Positions 11,455 through 27,000 of a stretch of 64,000 bases of DNA are shown in pieces; within the stretch, counting starts at the first letter, position 1; each line of letters opens with the position of its first letter. The notes beneath the pieces are model-generated. The model did no database searches. It saw only the letters and a program-made list of their open reading frames with translations, and had not been told where the DNA came from. This DNA is from Phoronis australis (taxonomy: Eukaryota > Animalia > Phoronida). The stretch covers positions 739,565 to 803,564 of the forward strand of contig NMRA01000078.1 of NCBI GenBank assembly GCA_002633005.1. Reading direction: 5' to 3'. Position numbers and translations under genes: made by a program.

Positions 11455-13810
11455 TATATTTATAGACTTTTATAGCCTGGTTCATCATTAGTCAATTGTC
11501 ATCATTACTGTATTTGAAACATCCTGTGTAACAACAGGATTGCTTTGAACAATGATTTATTGTTGAATCCCCAGATTTGGTGCCCCTCGCCACCAACAAA
11601 GATTTTTTTCCATTCGTTGTTCGAACATGAACAGAATGTCACCAAGCAATTGAGTTCTTGCTGATCCCGTAGTGATAATGTTGTATAAATGCCATTGAAG
11701 TAGCGTAACTTGCAGCTACAACTCAAACTGTGTCGAGTGTTTTTTGTGTAAAACCCCCACTCAAATATGAAGAGCTATAGGTCTGCACAGGAAATGAGAC
11801 TCTCAGTCCATCACTCCTGTTGAATTGTTATCGGGCAGACTCATGCCATCAAGTACTCAGTTACACCCTTCAAGTGATTGAAAGAGGTTCACCAAATGGG
11901 TAACTGGGATTTGACAGGCTGGTTTTCACAGAGAAAACAAACAACAGTTGGTCATGTGAGAAAGATAAAGCCATTCAGGCATTAAGCTGGTCTGTGAAAC
12001 CACCAACACTTCATCTGTCTCAATCAGTCAGGCTGGTACTTCCCGCTGAAGCTACAGAGTCTGAAAGGACTACTGAACATTTGATGTACTGCATCAACTC
12101 AAAGATGACCATAACAATGTTCTTGTTATCATAAACACTCTTGTTCCACAGAAAGTTCAATTCCATAATGTTCATACACCCAAGGTTGATGACCTTAGTT
12201 CCACCCATAAAAATATATCCTTCATTGTGACTTCATTCATAGGGTTCCGTATACTTATTGACCAACTCACACATTGATTCACACCTCAAATCTGTCATTT
12301 CAAGAAAGTTCCCAAAAAGTTAGGTAATACCAGATTTCACACTGAAGCATTTTCTCTAAAAACAATTGAGCTATTAGATGTCTCTCACACTTTTCAGCCT
12401 TATATGTTTTGATCAAAACCGCGAAGGCAACTTTAAGGGGTCCCAACTATATGTCAGAAAGCCCTATACAACTGGTTAATTTCAACGTATCATTTACAGT
12501 CCCCATTACACTAATGTCGACGTTTTGGGGAGTTACAGTCAGTATGAACAGCAAATTTCACTTCTGGATCGTAGTTAACAGTGCTAGTTAACTTCGCAGT
12601 TCAACAGGTGAACTAACAATAGATGCGTCATGATGGCTCAATAGCTTTTAAATCCACCTCTTTACTCCACAGTTAACTCTCGCTGTTAATTTACGATTCA
12701 AGACCGAGGTTAAGATGTATTCCCATTGACTGAAGCTTCGATGTTACCAAAGCTCAGAGCCAATAAGTTACACTTCACTGAACGGTTGGTTTTAGGCGTT
12801 ACTCTTTAGGGTTCCCAATAATAGCCATACACATTTGTGCACCACACACTACCCCCCCTTGCAAGCGTACAAAAATAGTGATGTTTTATAAGGTCTATTT
12901 TTACATATCTAGACTCGTGCTAGCTGCTTGCCAGCTCGCCATTGGCGAATTATGAGTGGCACTGGCAATGGCAGACTATAAGTCTATTCGCCAACTTGGC
13001 GAATGCTTTTGCAACTTGACAACAAAAATTAATTTCGGGAAACCTAATCTTGTGTCAACTCGGCTCGAATCAAGTCGCCACAACATTCTTACTTCGATTA
13101 AAAGTCCTAGGCTAAAAATAGCAAGCGAATGTTCCATTTCATGTCTGTCACGTCCCCCCCTCCTTGAAATCACTTTTACAGCAATGTTCAACTGTGTAAT
13201 GCCCATGTGGCAGGTGTAGGGGGAACCTCTGCCAAACCTTTAACGTCATAATAAAACCCATGTTGGCTGACATCCCCTCCAACGTATTAGGCTGCTCTAT
13301 GACCTTGGGAGTATAGACCATTTTTTTCTGAAGGCAAGTCTTTTCTTACAGTACATTTATGAAAAGGACCTGTGCATAACATGAAAAATAAAAACTTCCG
13401 TCTATGTAACTGTATTTTTATCATTTGCAGGGGTTGGGAAATGAGACAGTATTTGGCTAATAACTTTTGAAAATGGCTGAAAGCTGCTTCTAGCGCAAGC
13501 CTAATGTATGTATCAAATTATAAATGTACGAGAAAGTTAAATGCCAGCGTTGCCTTTTTCTGTGATATACCGGTAGTATAAAAATATAACATTAGTTTCA
13601 AACAATTCCTTGTGTATGTGTTTCCTCTTAAACTAAATTTGAGTCACATGGGGCGATACAAGGTTGACAACATGTTGATATCGTTGATCCTGGGTATAGT
13701 TCAGTGGACTTCTCACAGCCAGCGAGAAAAATTAAGCCAAACCATGTGCTCTCATTGAAAATATACAGCAATCTTGCTTTTCTACTTAAAGATCCTAGGA
13801 GGTCCTCTTA

Positions 13811-14310
13811 AGGTCCTTTCACATTGACGTAACTCCAGTCTGAGCGAAGCGTCGACGTAAACAGCGCAGTTAACCAGACCGTTAATACTGGCTTCAGTAG
13901 TTAAAAAAACATCGAAGTAAGCGGTTGGTGCCACTGTCGTCATCAAAGTTATCGCAAGGTAACGTTGTACGCTAAGATTTTTTCAATGTTTCAATTTGGA
14001 CAAGTGCCAAGTGACATTAAACTTATTTTTAAATCGATTGGTTACTATTAGAGCAAAATATAAGGAGCTATTAGTGACGGCACTTGACCCTGTAACTGTT
14101 GACGATAACAGTGGCACCTGGGATAACTTCGATTGGACCGAAGTTAAGCGTTCATACTGAACCGCAGCATCGACACTGCGCTATTAAATCCACCTATTAA
14201 CTGCGATGTTAACTGGAGCTGTTCACTGCGATCCAGAACCGGAATTAAGCGTTCATACTGACCGCAACTCCCCAAACCATCGACGTGTCGACGTTAGTAT
14301 GAAAGGCCCT
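13811..14310 (+). mobile_element. 500-bp PIF/Harbinger-like MITE
   Basis: TIRs AGGTCCTTTCACATTGACG / CGTTAGTATGAAAGGCCCT flanked by TTA on both sides (3-bp TSD). Related copies at 17617..18126, 34078..34893 (inverted) and a fragment at ~12505..12640. Confidence 0.75.
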
Positions 14311-16058
14311 TTAGTGAGGACCTAGCCTCTGAAATCCACCTAGCTCAGTATCTGTGGTTAAGGCTTAAGCGATGACTGATAGGTACCATAACACCAGTAT
14401 CCCAAACCACAATAATCACTTGATATAAACAAGTTGGGTAACCCCTCTCAATATGTTGGGTGTTGTGTTTTTGCCCCTTCATAAAGCATGCCAAATCCAC
14501 TATTTGCTTCAGGATTGCCATTCACCTAAGGCAGACATAAACAAACTAAACATCAAGAGCAGAGCAGGACAATGAATGCGCTCAATACTGCAGATATAAC
14601 TAATTAGTTAACAGTGTTTTATGACAGAAAAATTTGATTTTTGACGTCACCAATCAGTTATTAATTAGGTAATGTGGACATATCTTTTTACTAAAATTAG
14701 CGAAAAGAAAGGTACGGGCATCATCAACAACATAGTCAAATTTTATTTGAAAAAGATGAAATCTCAAAACAGCTGTAAAGTTACCTCAATTCTGATTTCA
14801 TAGTGGTTTTAAGCAACTTCTTATTTATTGACGAAAATAATGAAAATCCTACTTTTTGGTAGCCCCTCAAGCAAAATTGAATTTTAAAACGATTTCTGGT
14901 TGAGTTTTTGAGAACACTGCTTAAAGCATTGTAGTGATTGAAAGTTCCATATGAACGCAAACAATCTGTTTGGAGATCGGAGGTTCCGATATCCGATATT
15001 AGCTTGGACATTTTGTCTTGGGTAATACGTAAACTTAACTTTAGTGTCATTGGAGTTATCAACAGATGTCACAGGTAGGAATAGGGCATGTTATAGCACC
15101 ATGTAGCTTCCTTAATGTAACAGCCTTGGTTTCCACATCCTATTAAGTTGATCTCAAACCTTTTTAGTGGCCTCCATTTTAACTCGTATATCAAAAAACT
15201 AAGCTTTGTCAATTAGCATAGTACATATTTTCTGAAAGAAAAATAATCGGGGAATATAAAATTATGTTTTATTCATATGTTTTGTATCAGCAGTGTTATT
15301 AGGATAACACTTTTTTAAGTCAAAATTTCATTTTTAAGAAAGTTGCATTCATAGCAAAATAATCCCTCGGTTGATTATAATAAAACCTTAATTTTTAAAC
15401 TAAAACTTCAGTTACCTCAAAAAATCTGTTAGGAATTTTAAATTAGTCTTTTCGTTTGGTTTCTATGACAAATCAACTCGCAAAACGTAAGGTATTTTGT
15501 AAAAAATAGAGGTCATATTCGCCTTTGTTACATTACACAAAAACAAGGCTTATGTATCAAAAAATCCTAACAGATTGGTGAGTAAATAAAAGAAGTTTGA
15601 AAAGTTTCAGAGAAATCCATCATGCCATTTTCGAAAACTCATGTTCCCAAGTTCAAATTAAGTCGGTTTGCTGAAGCCAAGAAAAGGCCAATTCAACTGG
15701 AACAAATGAAAATCTTAAGGTCTTCCGTTAATTCTTCAGTGAAAACTTGTTTTCGGTCAACATAACCTATACATGCCTTAGCAATGTTCACTATTTCAAC
15801 ATTCATTCACTATGTCAACTGAATTTACAGTGCGTAATTCACTTAATTATCGCTAACTCAGGCTTTCCCCTACATGTAAACTTCTGGGTGGCCCGCCACG
15901 CTCCTTTTTGGCCGTGCCACTCATAAATCATACTCAAATTGACCACGACACTGCTAATCATGACAGGGAAACTTCACCGCCACGCAAAAATCTCTAGGAG
16001 AATGATTGCTTTTAATAAAAATGATCGCTAGTAAAAATGATCGCTATCAAAAATGATA

Positions 16059-16790
16059 AAGTACAAGTCACACGGCACCTTTCACCGTTTGTGGATCGAA
16101 CGGGAAAAATCATAATTTTACACTGGGCTCTCAGTCAATCCCCTTTCGTACCTCGTTTCAGCCTGGTTATCCGACAACGCACATAAACTTGATACAGCCG
16201 GGGACCAGGCAACGACCTCGATCCGAATTTTCTAAAATGGTGAAGCACCAGGGCTCACTAATGAAGTGAGAAACAGTAAGCTTTCTGCTTCATTCGATTG
16301 TGTCCGAGATATTGTGAATTATACTGCAGGGCATGACCTTCAACTGTTTAATCAACCATAGCCCTGCGCCAAAATGACCATATTGAATGGAAACAAGTCT
16401 CAGACCCGTCTGCTTGGACTGGATTATTCATCATCTGCTATGCCGACCAACGCCAATCCACTATCACTGATTTATGTTTAGCAAGACAATATCAATGAAG
16501 TTTCGTTATACGAATCAGTTTATTACGTCTAAAAAGTTCAAATATTTTTTGTTCTACTTTTGTCACATCATGGATAACTGAATTTTATAACACTGCTTCT
16601 TGTACTCAAGTGCGTCTATAACTGTGTCTCATTACAGCGATCACACTATGCCGGACACTTCATTGCCAATTTGTCTTGCGAAGTGTCCTTTACCCAGATA
16701 CTTCCACTACAAGATGCTCGGGTTAAGGTCTTGTCTATGATGAGTAAATTTGTATAATGCACCAAATTGCACCCAATTAAATCTAGTTTC
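16059..16790 (+). repeat. Dispersed ~750-bp repeat, copy 2
   Basis: Colinear with 209..960. Confidence 0.8.
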
Positions 16791-17616
16791 AATTTGAGCT
16801 ACAGCCCTTTAACCTCTGACCTCGAATAAGTACTAAACAAATATCCACGTGGATGTACAGTTCTATGGTAGTTCCGCAAAATCTTTTTTTTGCTACACAG
16901 TATATATTTCGTATTTGAAGTTCCGCGAGAATGAAGATGAGGTATTTTGCTAGACATATGTGAAACATAGTAAAAATGGCCCATTTTTGTAAATAAGGTT
17001 TTGAGATATCCTTAACCTCATCAGTGTTCGCTACAATGCAAAGGTTCAACGAATTTAAGTTTACGGACGCACATCTGGTACTATAGAGTTAAGTTACGGT
17101 ATAAAAAGACATTTTGACCACCACCACCAACAGTAGACTGGAGGTCTCATCAGATGGGCATGAGGTCAGTGACTGTCCATTAGGAAACAGTGACATAACA
17201 TTGTGCCAGACCCCATTCTGTTTCATCAGCAAAGAATGAAAATAGCACATGTCAATCAAGGCTATCACTTTCAACAAGACTTAAGATCCAGAACTCTTTG
17301 TTGGAAAAAAGAAGAATTGAAAGTGACATTCACTACTTGCACACAACGGTGGCGCTGCAAAAATGATTGTTGTTTAGGGCACAACGCCTAGTTTTAGCAT
17401 CAATGCAAACGTAAAAGTACGCGGGTTTCAAACATGCGGAACCATTGTAGCTGAGACAATAACGCCTCGTTTTCAAGTATAATGGCGAATTCGTGCAAGT
17501 AGTGAATTATCCGCCATGAAAGTGGTTTTCTGAGATAAAGCCAGATAACTTCAATGGTCAACTCCCTTGTTAACAAAGCTAAACCCACTTGACAAATGGC
17601 AAGAGTGTTTTAAATA

Positions 17617-18126
17617 GCTTTTCATACTGACCTAACTCTGGTTTGAGCCGAGTGTCGACGTAAACTGCAACGTTTATTAAACCGTTCATAGTGGTTTTGG
17701 TATTTAACGTACATCGAAGTAAACGGTAGGTGATGCTGTTGCCATCAAAGTAATCGCAAAAGTAGCGCTGCATGCTAAGGTTTTTTTAAGTGATAATTTG
17801 GGAGAATTTATATGTGCTAACTGACATGAAATTAATTTTTAATTTTTAAATCGATTGGGTGATTATTAAAGCACAATATAAGTAACTATTAGCGACTATA
17901 CTACCCTTTTATTGTTGACGATAACAGTAGAACCTGGCGATAACTTCGAGGAGACCGAAGTTGACCATTATAGTGCACCACAGCGTCGACACTCCGCTGT
18001 TAAATTCACCTGTTTACTGTGAAGTTAACTGGCGCTGTTAACTTCGATCCAGGATTCAAGTTAAGCATTCATGCTGAGCGCAACTCTCAAAAACATTGAG
18101 GCGTCAATGTTAGTATGAAAGGCCCT
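17617..18126 (+). mobile_element. PIF/Harbinger-like MITE, copy 2
   Basis: Colinear with 13811..14310; ends GTTAGTATGAAAGGCCCT. Confidence 0.7.
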
Positions 18127-18814
18127 TGTGTGTACTTAACTGGCAAAATCATCGGTCTTGACTGGAACTCAGTACCAAGAATTGGGATTTGAATAAACCC
18201 AAAAACACAACAGATTTGATTGTTGATCAAAGCTGATGACTTCCAACAATAACCCCCAAAATGCGTTTTTCATTCATAAACCCAATTATGTTCCTACAAT
18301 AAAGTTCAGGCTTAGAACTAGAAGACTGAATAGCTAAATTTCACCAATGGGAGACTTTAAAGACGTATTGGGCGCTGATCACGCAACCAGTGACAGACAA
18401 TTTTGTTGCCACCTGGCTGTGTAAACAGGTACTACTTCTTTGCAGAAGGTGGCAATTTAGGGGAACATGTTTGACTTCGTGCAAAGACCCTTTTATGGTG
18501 TATTTGATGCATTTTATATAAATAAAGTGATATTGTCGTCTAGAGTTAACTAATATCGGGTCTCACGAAAAGTATCGCACAATGATACTTGAAAATCTCT
18601 CAACAGCAACGGCTGAATCTTGCACACTATTCTTAAGCTCTGTCCCATAATTTTATGGAAACTTCAGTACCAACTACTAATCTCCATTATTATCTCCCGA
18701 TGTTGTCGAGCCAGCTGATGAGGAATCAAAAAAGCCGGTCCACAGTCCCACAAAAGGGAAAGCCCTATAAGAGATTAGGACGCTCCATGACATAAGAGGA
18801 GAGCATTCTAAAAC

Positions 18815-19303
18815 CAAGGCTTGGAATGACCAATGACGAAAAACGCGGAAATTTTTACGGCCCAAAACATGCTTGAAGTAGTCGATGGGGACCCTTTGCC
18901 GACAAAAATCGGGAGGACTAAAAAATAAAAAAGGTACCACCTCCAGAACTGTGCAACTGAGTCTTTTTAGCTCGTCCGTCCAATCCCACCTCTACACATT
19001 TTTGGGCTGCAGAGTCGTAGTATTTGTCACCGCGGTTTACAATCACACGAGACGCCATTGAAAAATCCACCACGCTATCCCAGATGCCCCGGCAATGTTG
19101 ACAATTTACGTTCCTCCGAAACATAAAGAGCAATTTCTGCTTTTCGAGGTGAAAGTCGTCGGCAACGTCGCGGTAAGAAAGGAATTTGCCGCGGAAATTT
19201 TATATCAAATCCGATTTTTTTACGTGAAAATATAATAAAATACGCGGACAGAACATTTGAAAAAAGCGGAAATCCGCGTTTCCGCGGAAAATTCCAAGCC
19301 TTG
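18815..19303. mobile_element. 489-bp MITE, possibly hAT-like
   Basis: Perfect 13-bp TIR CAAGGCTTGGAAT / ATTCCAAGCCTTG and subterminal GCGGAAA repeats. No clear TSD, so the superfamily is uncertain. Confidence 0.6.
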
Positions 19304-22300
19304 TACAATTGATTTACATTTTGAGCGTCGAGGATGACACTAATTACTACTAATATTTGAAACAAAAGTAACTGGCACTACATCCGAGAAAAAGTGTCAG
19401 AGATAAGTCCCGTGTTTTGTATTCATAGAGGTGAAGATGCACATTTTTACATTATGAGGGACATATGACTTCCTTACAAGTGCTTTCAGAAAAACAAATT
19501 ACCAGACTTTTTATTTGACAGGTCAGTTTCTGCATTAAGAAAACAGGGGAAGTCCCCACGCTGGAATAACATCAATAACACATGATTAGTTTGCTCTAAT
19601 TACTACCATTACAGGTCCACCCAACATTGCATACTGCCCAACTCTGGTAAGCTCAGACACCACTAGACAACCACACCTCAAGTTGCAATTTAATATTTGA
19701 CTCCACCTGGGAGACAGCCGTTGACCCAAAAAACCCACAGTGGCTCAATGAACATTACTAGCAGTGGGGCGCTGAATTCCTAAAATTATCCCAGAAGAAA
19801 CTGCTCAGACCAGGTTTCCGCCATATACAAGCTAAACTTAGCATTAACCATCTGCATTAACTTGAATTGGCTGATCAGCAGGATTTTCCAAAACAGCTTG
19901 TCTGTCATACAAGCAAATACATCCCTGGTGAACAGAACGCGAGCAGACAGATAAAATACAAATTATCAGAAAGAATACCTAGTGTTGTAAAATATTGGGG
20001 GACATGTGCCCCTCTGTCCATTTTCAAATACCTGTCAACAATTAAGACTTCATTCAACAACGAATGAAGACAACTATAAGCACTTTACCAGTTGGACCTG
20101 TCTATAGTCTTAACACCCATCACTAATTGAATAAACTCAACATCAGGTGTGCACACTGTACAGTCCCACATGTTAATGTACTGAGCAAAAAGGGGACTGT
20201 ACTAGCCACACAGAGTGATACTGCAGCTTAATGAGCATGACAGATGACGGACAGCCGACAACTCCCATCACCTGTTGCGGTTTAACCAGGTAAAATATTT
20301 GACAGTCTGACAAGTGAATGATAATGATCTTATACACCTGTCAACCCCACACCAGGCAAACAGACATGTATTCTCTGTAATTATGATTTCATAAACAATG
20401 CACGCTTTATTGCCCATTTCAGTGAAAGATTTACCTAATGCTAAGAATTGACCAGTCTCCCAATACTTCAAGCTCATTGCATTGGCTTTAAAACTCGTCA
20501 CGTCTAAGTCAAAGTCATCGCGTCGAAATTCAAAACATGAGCAGTGGCGTGTATTACATTAGCCAACAATGGAAGATTTTTACTAGGAACTAGAGTGCTT
20601 TCAAAGTCAACTGTGTTATTTGGGAGACGAAAATCATGACAATGAAACTCACAGCAATGACCTGGAACGAGTATGGGTGTCGATAACGGGAAAAGTACCT
20701 CTGTATGCACTTGGTCCTATGCTCACGGACTTAAGACTACAAGGAAATGTTTGAGCTGGCGGGGAGTGAAAGTGAACAACAAAGCCAGACCCAGTGTGAA
20801 GAAAATAACTTTGCTTCATGGCACGAAGTGAAAATCATGATTCACCGTTAGCTCAGCACATACTGAACACAGGTAAAAAAATTAGACAAAACACTGAAGG
20901 GCTCCACCAGTTAAGAGACTGTGGCAATCCTCTGGACATAAATGGGTGTGCTATGTTCACTTAACCTTATCACACTCTCAACAGAGTCCTCTCAGTATGT
21001 TACACGTTTGGAATGTCAAGGGTATTGAGAGATGGTACCTCAGAAAAACCTCAATGAGGGCAGTCTCTTATAGGCTACCACTACAACAAACCATGGTCCT
21101 GTATATGCCCAAAGTACCGCCACCCCTTGCTTGAATTGAAATTGCTTACAACCAATGCCTTGGCAACTAAAACTCGACCATCTTTGAACATGATCTGATC
21201 CAATGGCAGTGTTCACTCCGCAACTGACAACCCAAACCTATAGGAAGCATGCTAACACCAGCCAATAAGTCCCAGAAGCCCATGGCCAGTAAATGTCTTC
21301 ACCATTACACTATTACACATTTACTTGCCTTGATACCCACTTGGCATTTATTAAGTTTCAGTGAGCTAATCATTGGCTTGTTGTTGATAAGCCTAATTTA
21401 AAGCAGCAAAGACATTGTTAATGGTGGCAACACCTAATCTTCCAAACTGCTCGCTATTTTTACAACAGGGTTACCGGCCATTCAAGCGTGTACTTAAGTG
21501 CCAGCAAATCAGGCGCATGGACACCTTGTAGCATGCCTTGGGAGAACAGTGAATAACTTAACCCAACAGTTCTTCCAACAAGATAAGGCGATATTAGGAC
21601 AGAAATTGGACTGAATCAAAAGTTGGCGTAGGGTTTATTGGTCGACCTTTGAGTGAAGTTTGGTTTTAAAGGTTGTTTTCACTTTCCATGCGAGACCATT
21701 TCCAAACATTTCCGACATTACTTGATAACCAAATATGTTGTTTCCAAACAATGGTTATGACCCCAGATATGCTGGAAAATAATTATATTACGAGGCTTAA
21801 TTCATGAAATTCTTGTCTCATCATATACAAACACCACATAGGGTAGAAAATATCTCATATATAAACAACACATAAGGTTTAAAAAACATAGTTAGTTCAG
21901 GTTTGTACCCTTTTGAAACCATAGCATAATTTTGGCCAGTGCGATTAAATTATCAGTTACATATAGTCAGCCATACATTAAAAATCAAACATCAGTAACT
22001 TCCAACTTTTGAAATGCATTGCCCATCTGTAGTACAGGGTCACCATTGTTGCAAGAACCACCACCCCAGTGAGTTCTCTGATTTCACATCATACCAGGGA
22101 TCTGGGTACTATTTCAGCCCTCCTTAAACTGCTACAAGTCACTTACAGGGGTTCCACACTTGGAGAGCAAGTTTCCTCCACAGGATAACTGGTGGAGACA
22201 TGGGTGTCTATTGCCCTTGAATTAATGACTTTAATCTTGGCAAACACTAGTAACATAATACTTGTGATGAAGTCATTATTACAAATCTACACCAGCTTAT

Positions 22301-25300
22301 CTAGGGACACTATGTGTTCATTGCTCCCAGTCAGCACTGATTGCCTGGCAACATGTGTTAGATAATAAAAACAACTTGGCAAGTTTTTCACATTAGCAGT
22401 ATTTTACATTAGTAAACAGTTGTGGGTTGGACCAAATGCTATCGTTTTTCGTTAAACATTTTTGCCAATATTCAGAAACCTAGATATGAGACTGTTTGAA
22501 AAGAGTCACTTTTGCTGGCGGGTTTCAGTTAAGCCTACTGTCGGCCTTAAAAGTTGCAAGACGTGTCCGTTGAGAAGTTGCATGATTTTGTACAGTTGTA
22601 TCACGAGACTCACAACAGCAGATATCAGACATGATAAACAATAAATTAATATCTAATTCGCGTCACATTCGTCATAGTTCAAAACAAATCATTGCTCTAC
22701 CAAATACAAGGTTTTCTTACGTCCACTGAACTGAACCCATGGCAGGCAGTGAAAGTAATCTGTTTCAACAAAATTGTGGATATTTTAAATCCTACCAGCC
22801 AAAAAGAATGTTATTTTGTTCACCCATCCCAGCCAAGCGCAAAATACAACTTCACAAATTCGTCAGCCAGCTGAGTTCATTTTCTGAGATTTCTGTTATT
22901 TTCCTTGACTCTAGAGTTTACTTGGTGTTCCATATAGCTTCATACTCAATAAACTCTCAATAATACCTCTCACTTATGCACTGCCGGTGGAAAAGTTGGA
23001 CAGAGGTGAAATGCTCGACCTTAGCAACAAGTTGTCAGCAGAACCTGCAGCGTCACGGGACATTTTGCAGCGTCGTACACACAGCACAATTTTGATGTTG
23101 GCTGGCATGTCACCCCGTCAACACAATACACTTGCTAAGACAGCACCATGCATATAACCAAAAGACTGTGATCACACTAGCTCTTATAGAGAAACTCTTG
23201 CATCTATGAGACTCAGTCATGAAAAAGGTAACATCACCAGCAGTAAGATTATTTCTTTGAAGGTACCTGTCATGATAAGACTTCAGTTGCCAGGTTGACT
23301 TGCCATAAATCGACCAGTTGGGGTCATCGTGATGTTCTATTCAGCACTGCTGTACCTTGGTCTAAATTTCCTGTGTGATTTCATTTTGCCACCAAGACAA
23401 TTGCCGAGAAAAAAAGACACATTACCTGCACAGGATGAATATTCGAGCAAACAGAACAGTGCCTAAATCGATTTTGGTTTCCATACTATAAACAGTGAAA
23501 TGCCCAAGTTTCATCCAATAGGTATAAATCGATTAAAAACAAATCCAATTCGAACTTCAGTGGAAATGGGGCAGATGTTTCAATTCATAACCTCCAGAGA
23601 CAGGTTCAGCACCATGTTTTACGCATAATTCCCAAAGAGATTTGAACCCCAAACTGATTCAAAGGCTTTCAGTGTAAACAGATTATTACTCAAGTCAATC
23701 TGAGGGCCATCAGTTGATAAAGCACCAACAAGTGTCATGCCATTGTGGTTGTTGATTGGAGCCAGCAGGGTCAGTGATGCCAGACAATGAGAACCACATG
23801 TTGGCACTGGCAGTCCAATAGGGGGCGGGGGGGGTCATACTTAAGAAAAGGCAGCACCAGTGAAAGTCAGCAAGACCACATGCTCATTTGTGATACACAC
23901 TAATATGGTGGTATTGGCAGCCCAAGAGGGGGGCTTATGTTTCAGAAGCTGCATTTGTGATCGAGGTAAGGCAATATGGTCGTATTGTAAGCAAAGAGGG
24001 GACCATGCTCAGGATCAACACTAACACCTGAAAGTTAGCAACAGCATCAGCTGCACATACGATAGTATGTGGCAGCCCAAGAGGGGGGTCGTGCGTGGGG
24101 AGCAGCCCTAGCAAGTGAAACCTAGCAAAACACCATGTGCTAAATTTTATGGGGAGGGAGACATTTGAGGCCTGATCTCGCAAACCTCACAAGACACAAT
24201 TAGCGTCACCTAACTAAATCCTAAGGAAGACGGAACACAACATTGCAATGGGCAGTGATTACGGTATATGAAAAAACCCAGATGGTTGATGGATATGGTT
24301 TATGTTTATGCAGTATTTTTACTGTATAAAGGGAGTGTCTGCAATAAAGTTTACCATGTCCTACACATACAACTGGAGTTTAACAGATCATGTTCCAAAT
24401 CAATGCTAAACAGGGAAGGCAATTTCTGGCCCCTGAAAATGTCAGTCTGGCCCGTCACAAAATAGCAGCTGAACACATCTCGCAGAACTTTAAAAGCATT
24501 CCCATGAAGACAATTTCTGGCACATTCATAGCTTCTATGAAACGTGAAAATTTAATACAGAGATTTTATAGGGCAATCTTTCACAACTTTATGAAAGGAA
24601 TTTTACTGTACAGCAATCTACAATAAATAGTTATGCGTGGTTATAAATTATGACACTGACATCGTACAAACAAGAATCATGGCACTTATGAAGACTAAGT
24701 ATTCTTGCCTATTCTTAATCTACGGGTGGGTAAAGTTGCTTTGATTCAGAAACCAACAAGGCCGAACAGTAACATACAACTTCATCAAATTTTTCAACAA
24801 AATAGGAAGAAAACCTATCTGCAATTTATTACTTGTATTGTACAGCAGTCATCAATAAACACACAATAGAATACTTTAAACTGCAGTGAGCTTATGGAAA
24901 ATGGAAATGACTGCTTTTTGTTGGATTTCAAGGAAATTTTAACTTGGTCAAAAGTAGTGCTCTTTCGACACTTGATCAAATGTGTTCAAAATACACAGAA
25001 CTGCAGAGTGGAATTTTCAAAATAACGTTAGACTTGTTTAAATTTCTGTTGGTGCATCTTAATTATCGACTTTTAAAGCATTTTGAGCATAAGTCATTCT
25101 CTTGATTTATGAAGGCTTCGTTCCGAAAAACTTGGACCTATTTCAAAAACCAACAGTTCCCTCAAAAAGACTAATATGATTGGAGGAATAATATTTTTTA
25201 AATCTCTGTTCAAAGTCTACTAAAACTAAAAAAAAAATACATAGTGAAAAAAATAAAGACCAGTACATAAAAATCATAAATTTTGTTAGAGAGAAAATAT

Positions 25301-26160
25301 ATATTTGGAAGCGTAAGAGCTAACAGAATTTAAGATACTTGTACTTAAGTACAACCTGGTAAACAAGGTTCACAGTTACCTTTAAGAACCCAATTTTTTT
25401 CCACTGAACAACAGGCATCATACTTGTTCTCCAAATCTGGGACACCTGTAAGTGACTAATCCTAATGACATTCACAAACTGAAACCAAAAGATAACCTTT
25501 TAATGTCAGTGACGGAAATAGGATTAAGGTTAAATATTACGCAATGGTAAATGTGACAATTAACAAATATGATAGACACCCCTTCTCGATAGATCACACA
25601 AAATTTATCAAACAAGATAGGCCAAAACTTGTCATTTCTCCCAGTGTCAAGTCCCGGAAATTATAACAATAGTGTTTCAGGTCCAACTCATAATGAAACA
25701 AAAAACCTGCCCGGAGATTAATTTAAGAAAAAACATACCAAAAGACAGGGCCTTGTTTCAAAACTTTTAGACTGTGCCAGGTTACCATGACGACAGTTGT
25801 CTGGAATCAAAACATTAGGAAAACCCAAATGGGTGCACAGGAATGTTGGTATCACATGAGAAGATGTTTATAGGAACTTCAGTTGCAATAGCTTGAGGTT
25901 TGGGCAAGGAATGCAGGAATCACATTATTCAAGAGGTCAAGGGAAATCTTGTTCAGTCATTGCTGATAGGACTGGGCTACTGCCCACTGATAATAGTCTG
26001 TACCACCTTTGCTCTGCATCAATCAGAAATCTAGATTAAGCTGTTAAGATTAGATTTATCATGGAAATCTACATGTTCTTAGAAGCACAACATTGTTTTA
26101 CGTTCCATTACCATCTGTGCTGTTAAACACAGAATGGACACACCAGATGTGTTTACACAA

Positions 26161-27000
26161 TAACTAGAACAAGAACTTTGTTAAATCCAGTGTGAATGTG
26201 CTTGGCTCAGGTCAGGCAAGTTTCAGACAGAGATTGAGTCACTGAAGTGGTGGCCCTATCTCCCCAGTACTGACTGCTGGTCGTGTGCAGTAGTCAATAT
26301 CGCAATATTGCGGTAGAAAGCTATTAGGATGTTCAAGTAGTTGTTCGTTCTTTCTGAGAGTTTCGCTTTTCTTTTTCGGTTTTGAGAAACATAAAAGAAA
26401 TGAGAGGGATTTAAAGAGTGACACTTGGAGAAAGAAATTAAAAATTGAAATGTGACGTCAACGTCGTCAAAGCCAAGAACATACACTATCATGACCCCAA
26501 CACTTCTTACAAAAACACATTAGATAAACTGGAAGGAGATATATTTACGTACTAAATTTGAAAAGGTTTGGTCAAAGAATTACGGAGATAGAGCTCTGCA
26601 AACAATTAGAAAAGTTACCGTCACAGCGTCACCTTGCGTCTGATTTCACCCCAGGAAAAGTCCTCTGGCTATTGACTAGGTAAACATTGTACATAAATTT
26701 CAAATGATCAGATGAAAACTGCAATCTCTAGCACAAATAATTGATAGGCTAACAAAGTGCAGCTACAATTAACTAATCAACAAAGGAGCAGCCACCTGAG
26801 CAGTAAATCCTGAATATCGTGGTAACTCGTAGCAAGTAACAGCTTTCATATACTGATAGTCCACATACAAATTTCAGACATATCCGCCATGATAGATGCC
26901 GAAGATACGGCACAAAAACCTGGACATTGGAGACCAGTGGACAGAAATCTCCAATAACTCGACAACGATAAAACATAAGAGAGAAACAAAGGAGATATTT
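26161..27000 (+). mobile_element. Possible second Helentron-associated-type interspersed repeat
   Basis: Recurrent AAATTT(G/C)A..GGAGATAGAGC / GAAGATACGGC motifs at ~170-bp spacing, reminiscent of the 5041..6460 subunits. Termini not resolved. Confidence 0.3.

Noticed and set aside
25380-25445. Phase 1-1, 66-nt candidate minus-strand exon (GVPDLENKYDACCSVEKNWVLK)
   Set aside because: Its acceptor and start resemble an inverted dispersed repeat at ~22137..22183. Inclusion would also interrupt the signal peptide. At best a cryptic exon.
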